Source of the DNA: Candidatus Aegiribacteria sp.
GTDB lineage: Bacteria > Fermentibacterota > Fermentibacteria > Fermentibacterales > JCC-6
Assembly (NCBI GenBank): GCA_046498225.1
Contig: JAWOBF010000098.1
Coordinates: 1-18,225, forward strand
Direction of reading: 5' to 3'
Length of the DNA: 18,225 bases
Every line of letters begins with the position of its first letter. The first letter of the stretch is position 1. Positions 1 through 8,831 of the stretch are shown here, piece after piece. The translations under genes and the position numbers were made by a program. The notes under the pieces are model-generated. The model had not been told where the DNA came from, made no database searches, and saw only the letters and a list, made by a program, of their open reading frames with translations.

Positions 1-1
1 G

Positions 2-271
2 CTGCATTTCCACGATGTCAAGAAGCTGCTGATGGTTCTCGGCAGGCTTGTCAGGGCTGGCAATACGGTAATAGTCATCGAGCACAACATGGACGTAATC
101 AAGAACGCCGGGTGGATAGTCGATCTGGGTCCGGACGGGGGCGAGGAGGGAGGAAGGATACTGGCCACCGGAACTCCCGACCAGCTGGCAGAGGTGGAGC
201 ATTCCCATACGGGCAGGTACCTCAGAAGCGCTTTCGAAGCTGACTCATCCCATTCCGACGAGACTGTCTGA
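2..271 (+). CDS. uvrA: Excinuclease ABC subunit A, C-terminal fragment (5'-truncated by the window edge)
   Basis: The frame is open from base 2: [59 protein letters not shown]...HSHTGRYL. This matches the UvrA C-terminus (LH..D, H-loop IEHN, DLGP.GG..GG, S.TG.YL). Confidence 0.96.
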   Translation: MHFHDVKKLLMVLGRLVRAGNTVIVIEHNMDVIKNAGWIVDLGPDGGEEGGRILATGTPDQLAEVEHSHTGRYLRSAFEADSSHSDETV

Positions 272-3200
272 CAGCTTCGCCAGGGCGGAGAAGATGTTCC
301 TCAGGCTGTGGGATATTCCGCCTGATGTCTCCCAGGCGCTGATAAGCCGGCCTCCTCCTGAAAGCCCGGCGGAGAGTGCGTCATATTTCCCCAGCAGCGA
401 GGCGTGCATGGTGACGCCCCCCTTCCTGCCGCTGCCTATCTCCCTCGAGATGCTGCCGAGTATCCTGCTTCCCACGAAGGCGCTTCCCCCCCTGCCGTCC
501 TCCAGGTATACCAGCTGGCTGCGAAGGGCGTCCCTGAGCTTTTCCGCCATGAGCTGAAGGCCGGGGTTCCTCTCCGCCAGGAGTTCCATCACCGAAGAGC
601 ATACGGCATGGTCCCAGCCGGGGTCGCCGGTATTGAATATCCTCAGGGTCTCCATGTCCGGGGATTCCATATCCTCCGTCCAGAGAACCACCCTGTTGCC
701 GCCCCGGGATTTTGCCGCCCCCATAGCGTCGGCGGCCCGGCTCACCACAAGGTCCTGGGGGTCACGGGAGGATTCGGCCGCCGCCACACCGGTGCTTACG
801 GTAACCGGGACCCGGTCGGGACGAATATCCACTCCGGCCACGGCTCCGCAGATCCTCTCCGCTACCAGCATGGCGTTTTCTTTCCCGGTGTCCGGCAGTA
901 TCACACCGAACAGGTCTCCCCTGATCCTCCCTATCAGGTCGTTGGGACGAAGGGTTCCCCTGATGGTGGATACAACGGCCTTCAGCGCGCTGTCGCCAAC
1001 CCTGTAGCCGAAGAGCCGGTTTATCTCCCCCATTCCGTCGACGCCTGCTATGAGAACCGTTACCGTGCTGTCCGGCGGCTGACAGCGAAGCATCTCCTCC
1101 AGTCTGTCGGTCCATGAATAGCCTATGACCGCTCCGGTCAGCCTGTCCATGTAGGCCATCGATTCCCTGCTCCTAAGGCTCAGAGCGGCTTCGACCTGTG
1201 AACTCAGGGTATCTATGATGAATTCCGGAATGCCCCGCTCCAGGAAAAGGGGAGATTCCGTCTCCACGAGCAGGAAACTGGCCTCCGAGGAATGATCGGG
1301 CAGAAGTGTCCGTCTCTGGGGCTCCTTAACCGAACACTCGAGTGGTATGATGAGGGACCTCCTGCTTCCGAAGGGAGTCACCCCGAAACTGTCGCACCAG
1401 GTCTTCTCGGATGGCGTCTCCATAAGGATTCTATGCGTCTCTTCTCCCGGCGGTCTCCACCTGCCGGAACCGTAACCCTCTATGATCTCGGTCTCTCCGC
1501 CGGTCACCCTCACCGCCAGCACCCTGTCAGCCTTCATCAGCCTCCCCAATATCTCCAGGCTGGCGCTTATCTCGGACCTGCCCGAGATGCGGGAGGATAT
1601 TCCGGAGATCTCAAGCAACCTCTCACCGGGACCGCTGGGGGGACCATCCATGCTGATTCTGTCCCTTATTTCAAGCAGTTCCCCGCCGGAAGCGCCGGCT
1701 GTCCCCATGAGTTCCCTCATCCTGTCCCTCGAACCGCTCCGGGATGCCAGGGCCTCTTTCTGCCGGCCGTCGAGCTGGTCCGTTATGAAACTGTCCAGCT
1801 CCCCCGCCAGCAGCAGCATCTCCGTCCTGCATAGGGGGGGTCTGTCCATTTGCAGGGCTAGCCTGCACCTCAGTATCAGCCATACGAGGAGAAGCCTGTC
1901 CAGCTGCCTGGCCAGCACCTGAGCGGACTGGAAGAAATCATCCGAGTACTGCCGGCGGGAGGACAGAAGAGCGCTTATGCAGAGCTTCCAGCTTACGAAG
2001 TGGTTCCCGGACGAACCGCCGCGGGATGAGTCCAGGGCGGCGGCTATGGCCGAGGAAGCCCTTGCCATCCCCCTGGAGAAAGCCTCCATGGCCAGGACCA
2101 GGGCGAACATCGGCCTTTCCGCTCCGTGGGCCTTGTGCAGCTGTTCCGCTATTACGGCGGCCGCGGACGCCGGTTCCTCTCCGTGAGCCATGGCCCTCAG
2201 GAAGTCCCCGGTGCCCCGGAGTATTCCCTCTCCCCTGCCGAGGAAGGAATCCTCCCCGGTGAGGAAGCCGATGTACGCGAGGTGCCACTCCGAGACAAAT
2301 CCCGTACTCAGCTGTTTCAATGAGGCAGCGCTCTCTTGCAGCTCTCCGGCGGCAGCCGCCGCCTTCGACAGCTGCAGGGTCCTTGTATACATATCCGCAA
2401 GCTGGTCCAGGGCGTGCATCCTGTTGGAGAGGTTGCCGCTGGTGCGGGCTTTCCGGGATACATTCCTCATGATGGTCAGCAGGTCTCTCACGGTGAAGCC
2501 GGACCTTTCCCTCATCTGGCCCACTATGGTGTTCAGTATCTCCATCACCGCCAGCTGGTCGTTGACGCTCTCCGCCAGCATAAGGGCCCTCTGGAGCATG
2601 GTCATGGCCGCCTTTCTCCGCCCGGAAGACATATAGATCCTTGCCCTGCTCCATTCCACCGCGAGCTGTGTTTCAAGAGGAAGGGTAGCTATTCGGGTCA
2701 TGGCGGAAAGAATGGTCCTCTCCGCCAGGGCACTCATTTTGAGGCTGGACTGCGCCAGGGCGGCGGCCGCGGTTACTCTGGCCTGAGCATCCGGATCATC
2801 TATTCCGGACACCCACTGCAGGACCCTCTCAACCTCCGAGGCTATCTCGCTCATAGCCTGGTAGTCCCGCGGTATCTCCCCCAGGCTTTCCAGTATGGCC
2901 GGGATCTGCGTGCAGGAGCCGCTGTGAATGCTCAGGTCCAGGGCTTCCCTCAGATGCTCCTCCGCAGACGCGGACCTGTTCCGGAGCAGCTCCAGTTCAC
3001 CAAGCCTTGTCACCGCCAGGGCCCTGCCGCCGGGGTCCCTCATCACGGGAAGGATATCCAGCAGGAAATCCTCCGCCTTCTCTACGCTGTAGCCCCTTAG
3101 CCGCCTGGGCTCGAACACTCTCAGGACCTCCGCCATCTCCCCCTCTCTGAGCCCCTCCCTGTCCAGTCCCATTATCTCCATTATCAGGTAGGTCAGGAGC

Positions 3201-3649
3201 CTGAACTCACCGAACTCCTCGGCTTCCCTCAACGCCGACAGCAGAAGAACCACCCTGTCCCTGAAGGTGGGAGTGCCGGACCCGATGGCTATCATCATTT
3301 CCGGCAGGGTCGCTCCGGGTGAGACAAGGGCGTACTCGGCGAGCCTGGACAGCCATTCCCCACGCTGTTTCGGAGCGATGTCGGATTGTGTATCCCCGGC
3401 GGAAGTCCAGCCCTTTACATGGTACTCATCATCCAGGTACACCCGGCCCTGCTTCCTCAGGCTATCCAGGGCCTGATCCACTTCATCGGCTCCGGCATCC
3501 AGCATGAATGCCAGGGCGCCTCCGCTCAGAACACCTCCCAGCCCTGAGAGGACCGTTACGATGCGTTCTTCCAGAGAATTCCGCGGGGCAGCGATCGGAT
3601 CACCTCCGTCCGGTACCGTTAAAGGTCGGGACCTCCATTCCGATTGCAA
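245..3649 (-). CDS. Large signalling protein: N-terminal winged-helix-like segment, TPR-like helical repeats, GAF-like region and degenerate GGDEF domain
   Basis: 1134-aa ORF with a TTG start; an in-frame TGA lies two codons upstream. GGDEF-fold hallmarks: [72 protein letters not shown]-like segments: [24 protein letters not shown] and [26 protein letters not shown]. The GAF and wHTH calls are tentative. Confidence 0.85.
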   Translation of the reverse strand: MQSEWRSRPLTVPDGGDPIAAPRNSLEERIVTVLSGLGGVLSGGALAFMLDAGADEVDQALDSLRKQGRVYLDDEYHVKGWTSAGDTQSDIAPKQRGEWLSRLAEYALVSPGATLPEMMIAIGSGTPTFRDRVVLLLSALREAEEFGEFRLLTYLIMEIMGLDREGLREGEMAEVLRVFEPRRLRGYSVEKAEDFLLDILPVMRDPGGRALAVTRLGELELLRNRSASAEEHLREALDLSIHSGSCTQIPAILESLGEIPRDYQAMSEIASEVERVLQWVSGIDDPDAQARVTAAAALAQSSLKMSALAERTILSAMTRIATLPLETQLAVEWSRARIYMSSGRRKAAMTMLQRALMLAESVNDQLAVMEILNTIVGQMRERSGFTVRDLLTIMRNVSRKARTSGNLSNRMHALDQLADMYTRTLQLSKAAAAAGELQESAASLKQLSTGFVSEWHLAYIGFLTGEDSFLGRGEGILRGTGDFLRAMAHGEEPASAAAVIAEQLHKAHGAERPMFALVLAMEAFSRGMARASSAIAAALDSSRGGSSGNHFVSWKLCISALLSSRRQYSDDFFQSAQVLARQLDRLLLVWLILRCRLALQMDRPPLCRTEMLLLAGELDSFITDQLDGRQKEALASRSGSRDRMRELMGTAGASGGELLEIRDRISMDGPPSGPGERLLEISGISSRISGRSEISASLEILGRLMKADRVLAVRVTGGETEIIEGYGSGRWRPPGEETHRILMETPSEKTWCDSFGVTPFGSRRSLIIPLECSVKEPQRRTLLPDHSSEASFLLVETESPLFLERGIPEFIIDTLSSQVEAALSLRSRESMAYMDRLTGAVIGYSWTDRLEEMLRCQPPDSTVTVLIAGVDGMGEINRLFGYRVGDSALKAVVSTIRGTLRPNDLIGRIRGDLFGVILPDTGKENAMLVAERICGAVAGVDIRPDRVPVTVSTGVAAAESSRDPQDLVVSRAADAMGAAKSRGGNRVVLWTEDMESPDMETLRIFNTGDPGWDHAVCSSVMELLAERNPGLQLMAEKLRDALRSQLVYLEDGRGGSAFVGSRILGSISREIGSGRKGGVTMHASLLGKYDALSAGLSGGGRLISAWETSGGISHSLRNIFSALAKLSDSLVGMG

Positions 3650-3772
3650 TATTCACTTTACGGGGCCGGCCAACAACCTCCCCGCACTTGTGCCCGCAGT
3701 CCGCCGGAGTTATTTTTCAGGCTCCCCCCGATGCTATTGATGACTGGCCCCGAAAACTGAAAGGAATCTCAA

Positions 3773-6196
3773 GTGACGTTACCTAAGCGTTACAGGCCGA
3801 AGGAATCGGAACCCCGCTGGCAGGAATACTGGGACCGGGAGGGCATCTTCAGGTTCAACCCCGGTTCAGGCAAGCCGGTATACTCGATAGACACGCCGCC
3901 CCCTACCGTGTCGGGGAAGATCCACATGGGGCACGTGTTCAGCTATGTACAGGCGGAGGCCATGGCCAGGTATCACCGGATGAGGGGCAGGGAGGTTTTC
4001 TATCCCTTCTGCTTCGACGATAACGGACTGCCCAGCGAGCGCTTCACCGAAAGGGAGAAGAACGTGAGGGCGCAGGACATGCCCAGGAGCCGGTTCATTC
4101 AGCTCTGTCTGGAGGTCACCGCTGAGGCCGAGGAGATGTTCCGGGACCTCTGGACGAGGTTCGGCTTCTCCTGCGACTGGGACCTCCTCTACACCACCAT
4201 AGACCCCTGGGTCCAGAGGATAAGCCAGAGGTCGTTCCTGGATCTCAACGACAGGGGTATGATATACAGGAAGGAATCTCCCACCCTGTGGTGTCCCGAG
4301 TGCCGCACGGCCGTAGCTCAGGCCGAGACCGAGGACCGGGAGTTCCCCTCCGTTTTCCATGACCTGGAGTTCCCCCTGGCCGACGGCGACGGGATGATAC
4401 CCATTGCGACCACCAGGCCGGAGCTTCTCCCGGCCTGCGTTGCCGTTTTCGTGAACCCGGACGATCCCAGGTGGAAGAACCTGGCGGGCAGAAAGGCGCG
4501 GGTCCCCCTCTTCGATCATGAAGTTGAGATATTTACCGACCGCAGGGTGGACATGGAGAAGGGAAACGGCGTTGTAATGTGCTGCACCTTCGGAGACACC
4601 ACGGACATAGAGTGGTGGCAGGAGTACGGCCTGGACCTGAGAATAGTGCTTGACAGCCGGGGACACATGAATTCCCTGGCCGGCTTCCTGGAAGGAATGT
4701 TCTGGAAGAAGGCCAGAAAGGTCCTGGTGAGGAAGCTGGAGGAGGAGGGCTTCAGAAAGGACGGCAGGGATATAGAGCACGCGGTCAACGTCCACGAGAG
4801 ATGCGGCACACCTCTGGAGTACCTGGTCGGGCAGCAGTGGTTCGTGAGGATACTCGACAAGAAGGAAGAACTTCTGCGGAAGGGCGCTGAAGTCAACTGG
4901 TATCCCCCCCATTTCAAGGTGAGGTTCGACCACTGGGTGGAGAACCTTAAATGGGACTGGTGCATCAGCAGGCAGAGGTATTACGGGGTGCCGTTTCCCG
5001 TGTGGTACTGTGAAAGCTGTGGAGAGCCCGTCTTCGCGCGGGAGGAGGACCTTCCGGTGGACCCGCTGGAGGACAGTCCCTGTGAACCCTGTCCTTCCTG
5101 CGGCCGCGAAAGCTTCGTACCGGAGTCCGATGTAATGGACACCTGGGCCACCAGCTCCCTGACCCCTCAGATAAACGCCAGGTGGGGCGAGGATAACGAG
5201 AGGGAGGGTCTCCTTCCCATGAGCCTGCGGCCCCAGGCTCACGACATAATAAGGACATGGGCGTTCTATACCATAGCCAAGGCCCATCTCCATTTCGACG
5301 ATGTTCCCTGGAGGGACGTCATGATAAGCGGCCACGCCCTGAACCCCAGCGGCGAAAAGATGTCCAAGAGCAAGGGGAACGTCGCCGGCGACCCCCTTCT
5401 GGCACTGGAGCAGTACTCGGCGGACGAACTCCGCTACTGGTCCTGCAGCTCCAAGCTCGGCAGCGACGTACTGTTCAGCCAGGAGGTCCTGGGGGACGGC
5501 AGGCGGCTGGTCACGAAGCTCTGGAACGCGGTCAAGTTCGGCGCCTCCAGGCTTGAGGACTACGACCCGAAACTGGAGCCGGAACTGAAACCCTACGACA
5601 GATGGATACTCTCCAGCTTCACCAGGACGGCCGGAATGGCCACTTCGGGAATGGATGAGTACGAATACGCCACCGCCATGAACCGGGCGGAGCATTTCTT
5701 CTGGAAGATCCTGTGCGACAATTACCTGGAGATAGCGAAGAAACGCCTCTATTCGGAGGACGACCGGAACGGCAGAATTTCCGCCCAGTACGCGCTCTAC
5801 AGGGTGCTGTACGGCTGTCTGAGGCTTTTCGCCCCGGTACTGGTCCACGTTACGGAGGAACTCTACCAGGCTATCTTCAGGCCGCTGGAGGGTCACGCGA
5901 GCATTCATCTGGCGCCCTGGCCCCTGCCGGAGTACATGGACGAGAGAGCACTTGAGACCGGGGACCTGAGCCTCAGGATAATCGAGGAAGCCCGGAAGTT
6001 CAAGAGTGAAAACAGCCTGAGCATGGCGGCTCCCCTGAAGTCCCTGGAGGTTTCCGCCCCGGCGCGAATGCTGACGGGGCTGCGTGAGCTGGAGGACGAC
6101 CTGCTGAGCGTCAGCCGGGCTGCGGACATCGTATGGAGCGAAGGCAGCCGGCTTGAGGTGGCCGTGATACCGGAGGAGAACGGCAGCGAATCCTGA
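3773..6196 (+). CDS. valS: Valine--tRNA ligase, archaeal-like type 2 subfamily
   Basis: HIGH-like DTPPPTVSGKIHMGH, FDDNGLPSER, ATTRPE, WDWCISRQRYYG, DVMDTWATSS, RPQAHDIIRTWAFY and KMSKSKGN. GTG start preceded by AAAGGA. Confidence 0.97.
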   Translation: MTLPKRYRPKESEPRWQEYWDREGIFRFNPGSGKPVYSIDTPPPTVSGKIHMGHVFSYVQAEAMARYHRMRGREVFYPFCFDDNGLPSERFTEREKNVRAQDMPRSRFIQLCLEVTAEAEEMFRDLWTRFGFSCDWDLLYTTIDPWVQRISQRSFLDLNDRGMIYRKESPTLWCPECRTAVAQAETEDREFPSVFHDLEFPLADGDGMIPIATTRPELLPACVAVFVNPDDPRWKNLAGRKARVPLFDHEVEIFTDRRVDMEKGNGVVMCCTFGDTTDIEWWQEYGLDLRIVLDSRGHMNSLAGFLEGMFWKKARKVLVRKLEEEGFRKDGRDIEHAVNVHERCGTPLEYLVGQQWFVRILDKKEELLRKGAEVNWYPPHFKVRFDHWVENLKWDWCISRQRYYGVPFPVWYCESCGEPVFAREEDLPVDPLEDSPCEPCPSCGRESFVPESDVMDTWATSSLTPQINARWGEDNEREGLLPMSLRPQAHDIIRTWAFYTIAKAHLHFDDVPWRDVMISGHALNPSGEKMSKSKGNVAGDPLLALEQYSADELRYWSCSSKLGSDVLFSQEVLGDGRRLVTKLWNAVKFGASRLEDYDPKLEPELKPYDRWILSSFTRTAGMATSGMDEYEYATAMNRAEHFFWKILCDNYLEIAKKRLYSEDDRNGRISAQYALYRVLYGCLRLFAPVLVHVTEELYQAIFRPLEGHASIHLAPWPLPEYMDERALETGDLSLRIIEEARKFKSENSLSMAAPLKSLEVSAPARMLTGLRELEDDLLSVSRAADIVWSEGSRLEVAVIPEENGSES

Positions 6197-6271
6197 CAAG
6201 GTAGCGCGGGGAACTTCGGTTCTTTATAAATTGTTAGGTTTTTTTCCGGCAACTTGCATGAGGGGCGAATT

Positions 6272-6928
6272 ATGGAATTTCCGATATTGCACGATCCCGG
6301 CAGCATAGATATGCTTCTGCGAACCGTATCAAAGACCGACCCGCCCGCCAGGGTGGACCATGACTACCTGGTGAACCTGGGCTTCAAGCGGGAAGTGGAC
6401 GAGGGTCTGCTCAAGCTGCTGGAGTTCCTGGGCTTCATAGACGAAGGCGGTCATCCTACCGTGCTGTGGGTGAACTACAGCGACCCCGACAGCGACGCGG
6501 ATGTTCTAAGGAACGCCATCAGGAATGCCTACGGAGAGCTTTTCGACAGGTATCCCCGCGCCTTCGACCAGGAGGGCACGATCCTGATGGATTTCTTCAG
6601 GTCCACTACCGGCGCGTCGGACAACAACACCGCCTACATGATACTTACCTTCAAGGTGCTGTGCGACCTGGCCGAGATGGGAGAGGAGAAGACCGACACG
6701 AAGCCTCCCGTGCTGGAGAAGCCATCCCCCGAGCCCCGGAAGGAAGCCGCGGAGGAGGAGAAGAAGGAAAAGAAGGACAAGCGGAAACCGCAGGCCGTGG
6801 CGCCCGCGCCTTCCCCGGCCGGGAAGCCGGTCATTCGCGTCTCCCTGAATCTCGACCTCGATGGCGAGACGGACCCGGAGCTGCGGGACCTGGTGCTGAA
6901 GGTCCTCAAAAGACAGCTGGAAGACTGA
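6272..6928 (+). CDS. DUF5343-like uncharacterised protein with a Lys/Glu/Pro-rich linker
   Basis: PARVDHDYLVNLGFK...LLKLLEFLGFIDEGGHPT...IRNAYGELF...TFKVLCDLA matches my recollection of DUF5343. ATG at 6272 follows GAGGGG; the ORF track starts at TTG 6254. Confidence 0.7.
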   Translation: MEFPILHDPGSIDMLLRTVSKTDPPARVDHDYLVNLGFKREVDEGLLKLLEFLGFIDEGGHPTVLWVNYSDPDSDADVLRNAIRNAYGELFDRYPRAFDQEGTILMDFFRSTTGASDNNTAYMILTFKVLCDLAEMGEEKTDTKPPVLEKPSPEPRKEAAEEEKKEKKDKRKPQAVAPAPSPAGKPVIRVSLNLDLDGETDPELRDLVLKVLKRQLED

Positions 6929-6983
6929 TACGACCGCTTGATGAACGTTCAGCCGGATTATTAATTATCTGAGAGGAGTTGCG

Positions 6984-8591
6984 TTGCAGATGAAAATGAA
7001 GAACAGGAAGTGGCTCGCGCCACTGTTGATCCTCGCCGCGGTGATGATAGCCATAGGCTGCGGGGACGACGAGAACCCGGAGGGCCCGGGAACCGATCCC
7101 ACTCCCTCCTCCCTCACTGCCCAGGCGGGGCTGAACAACTCGGTGACCGGCTGGTGGACCATGTGCCCGGACAATGACTTCTCCGAGTACAGCCTCTTCC
7201 GTTCCACAACATCCGGAATAGCGAGCGACCCTCCCAGCAGTCCCATCAAGACCACCACCGATGTCACCGACACGCTTTTCAACGATGGTGGGCTGGACTG
7301 GGGCGAAACCTACTACTACGCTCTCAGGACCAGGAACACCGGCAACAATTCATCCTGGAGCAACGAAGTGCAGGTCACCGTCCCCGACTCCGGCAGCGGC
7401 TGCCTCTACCTCAGCTGCTACGACATACAGGGCCAGCAGGAGTCCTCGCCCTACCTGGGGGAGGAAGTCGACGTAACCGGCATAGTCAGCGCCGGCGGCG
7501 GCGAGTACTACGGTCCCTACACCGTCCTTTGCGACGCCGGAGGTGGCCCCTGGACGGGTCTGGTGCTGTACGGAGACAGCGCCGCCTTCCTTGCCAGGGG
7601 GGACAGCATCACCATCTCGGGCACTGTGGATGAATACTACGGGCTCACCGAGCTCACCTACCTCAACAGCATTCAGGTCATCTCCACCGGTCACACCGTT
7701 CCCGACCCCATTCCCCTCACCACCGCCGCGGTGAACGACGAGCAGTACGAGGGCGTCATAGTCTCGGTCACCAACGCCGTGGTTATCTCCGAGGAGGATT
7801 ACAGTTACGAGATAGACGACGGCAGCGGAAGCTGCTACCTGGGAACAAGGGGGAGCTTCTCCGAACCCTCGGTGGGGGACACCGTGGACGTTCAGGGACC
7901 TCTTTTCTACGAGTCCGACGAATGGCGCATCCAGCCCAGAGACGGCAATGACATAACCATCAACGGCGGAGGCGGAGGCGGAGGCGACGTCTACACCTGC
8001 TACGAGATACAGGGCCAGCAGTCCTCCTCTCCCTACGAGGGGCAGACGGTAAGCGTAACTGGCATAGTCGTGGTAGGTGGTGATGAGTATTACTCCAATT
8101 CAGCTGCATACGCAGTCATAATGGATGCCGTTGGTGGAGCATGGGCGGGTCTGACGCTCTATGGCGATGCAGTCTCTTCCCTGCAGAGAGGGGACAGTGT
8201 AACTGTAACAGGCACTGTTGACGAATACGATTACTTCGGAGACTGGATTGATTCATTCACAGAACTGACTTTTCCAACTGAGGTAATTGTCCACTCCTCA
8301 GGACACACATTGCCTTCTGCCGAAGCCGTCACCACCGGAACTGCAGGTCAAGAACAGTGGGAGTCCGTTCTTGTCACCGTCTCCAATGCTACGGTGACCG
8401 AGGACAGCCTCGGTTACGGTGAATGGGCTGTAAATGACGGCTCGGGTGAAATTCGGGTTGATGACTTGGGTGATTACTCATACGCACCAACTCTAGATGA
8501 TTTCTTTAGCCAGATAACCGGTGTATGCTGGTACAGCTTCGACAACTTCAAGCTGGAACCAAGGGACGATAACGACTTGGTTCTGCAGTAA
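6984..8591 (+). CDS. Lipoprotein with an FN3-like domain and two tandem OB-fold-containing modules resembling the accessory domains of YhcR/ExeM-type extracellular nucleases; no catalytic domain recognised
   Basis: Signal peptide II MKNRKWLAPLLILAAVMIAIG-C. FN3-like W..C.DNDFSEYSLFRS...YYYALRTRNTGNNSSWSNEV. Two modules start YDIQG/YEIQG..SPY.G..V.VTGIV, contain GDS(I/V)T(I/V).GTVDEY...TEL and end (I/L)(Q/E)PRD.ND. RBS GAGGAG at 6973-6978; the start could be TTG 6984 or ATG 6990/6996. Confidence 0.8.
   Translation: MQMKMKNRKWLAPLLILAAVMIAIGCGDDENPEGPGTDPTPSSLTAQAGLNNSVTGWWTMCPDNDFSEYSLFRSTTSGIASDPPSSPIKTTTDVTDTLFNDGGLDWGETYYYALRTRNTGNNSSWSNEVQVTVPDSGSGCLYLSCYDIQGQQESSPYLGEEVDVTGIVSAGGGEYYGPYTVLCDAGGGPWTGLVLYGDSAAFLARGDSITISGTVDEYYGLTELTYLNSIQVISTGHTVPDPIPLTTAAVNDEQYEGVIVSVTNAVVISEEDYSYEIDDGSGSCYLGTRGSFSEPSVGDTVDVQGPLFYESDEWRIQPRDGNDITINGGGGGGGDVYTCYEIQGQQSSSPYEGQTVSVTGIVVVGGDEYYSNSAAYAVIMDAVGGAWAGLTLYGDAVSSLQRGDSVTVTGTVDEYDYFGDWIDSFTELTFPTEVIVHSSGHTLPSAEAVTTGTAGQEQWESVLVTVSNATVTEDSLGYGEWAVNDGSGEIRVDDLGDYSYAPTLDDFFSQITGVCWYSFDNFKLEPRDDNDLVLQ
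7415..8588 (+). repeat. Intragenic tandem duplication (about 7415-7964 and 7997-8588) joined by a Gly7 linker
   Basis: The two protein modules align along their length. The heads CTGCTACGA(C/G)ATACAGGGCCAGCAG at 7415-7439 and 7997-8021 match at 24 of 25 nt. The linker is (GGCGGA)3GGC at 7965-7985. Confidence 0.9.
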
Positions 8592-8610
8592 TCAACTTAC
8601 ACGCGAAAGC

Positions 8611-8645
8611 AAGGGGGCGCGTGATGAACCATCGCGCCCCCTTTT
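8611..8645 (+). terminator. Probable Rho-independent terminator after the lipoprotein gene
   Basis: AAGGGGGCGC(GT)GATG-AAC-CATCGCGCCCCCTT stem-loop running into TTTT, starting 20 nt after the stop codon. Confidence 0.75.
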
Positions 8646-8831
8646 CCGCAAGGTCCTTCTTACACTGGATGGTCTGCAGAAAACCGGCCTTCTCGGGTCC
8701 GCTCCCGCTCTGCCGGACATGAGAAAATGACTTATAGCAGTATACGAAAATAAATTAACGTATGGAACCGATGATGTCCATTTACTGGAGGTTTTTGAAT
8801 TGGGCATACTGCCGAAAGTCGAGTCAGGCCC

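Noticed and set aside
3650..3772. T-box riboswitch upstream of valS
   Set aside because: The gap is only 123 nt, is shared with a divergent gene, and shows no T-box consensus or terminator.
3866..6199. 777-aa antisense ORF opposite valS
   Set aside because: It mirrors a well-supported gene and has no recognisable motifs. Long antisense frames are expected with high-GC3 codon usage.
6942..6951. Palindrome TGAACGTTCA resembling a LexA box
   Set aside because: It lacks the 4-nt spacer of GAAC-N4-GTTC, occurs once, and is compatible with chance.
7965..7985. (GGCGGA)n repeat as a phase-variation tract
   Set aside because: The unit is 6 nt, so slippage keeps the frame. It simply encodes a Gly linker.
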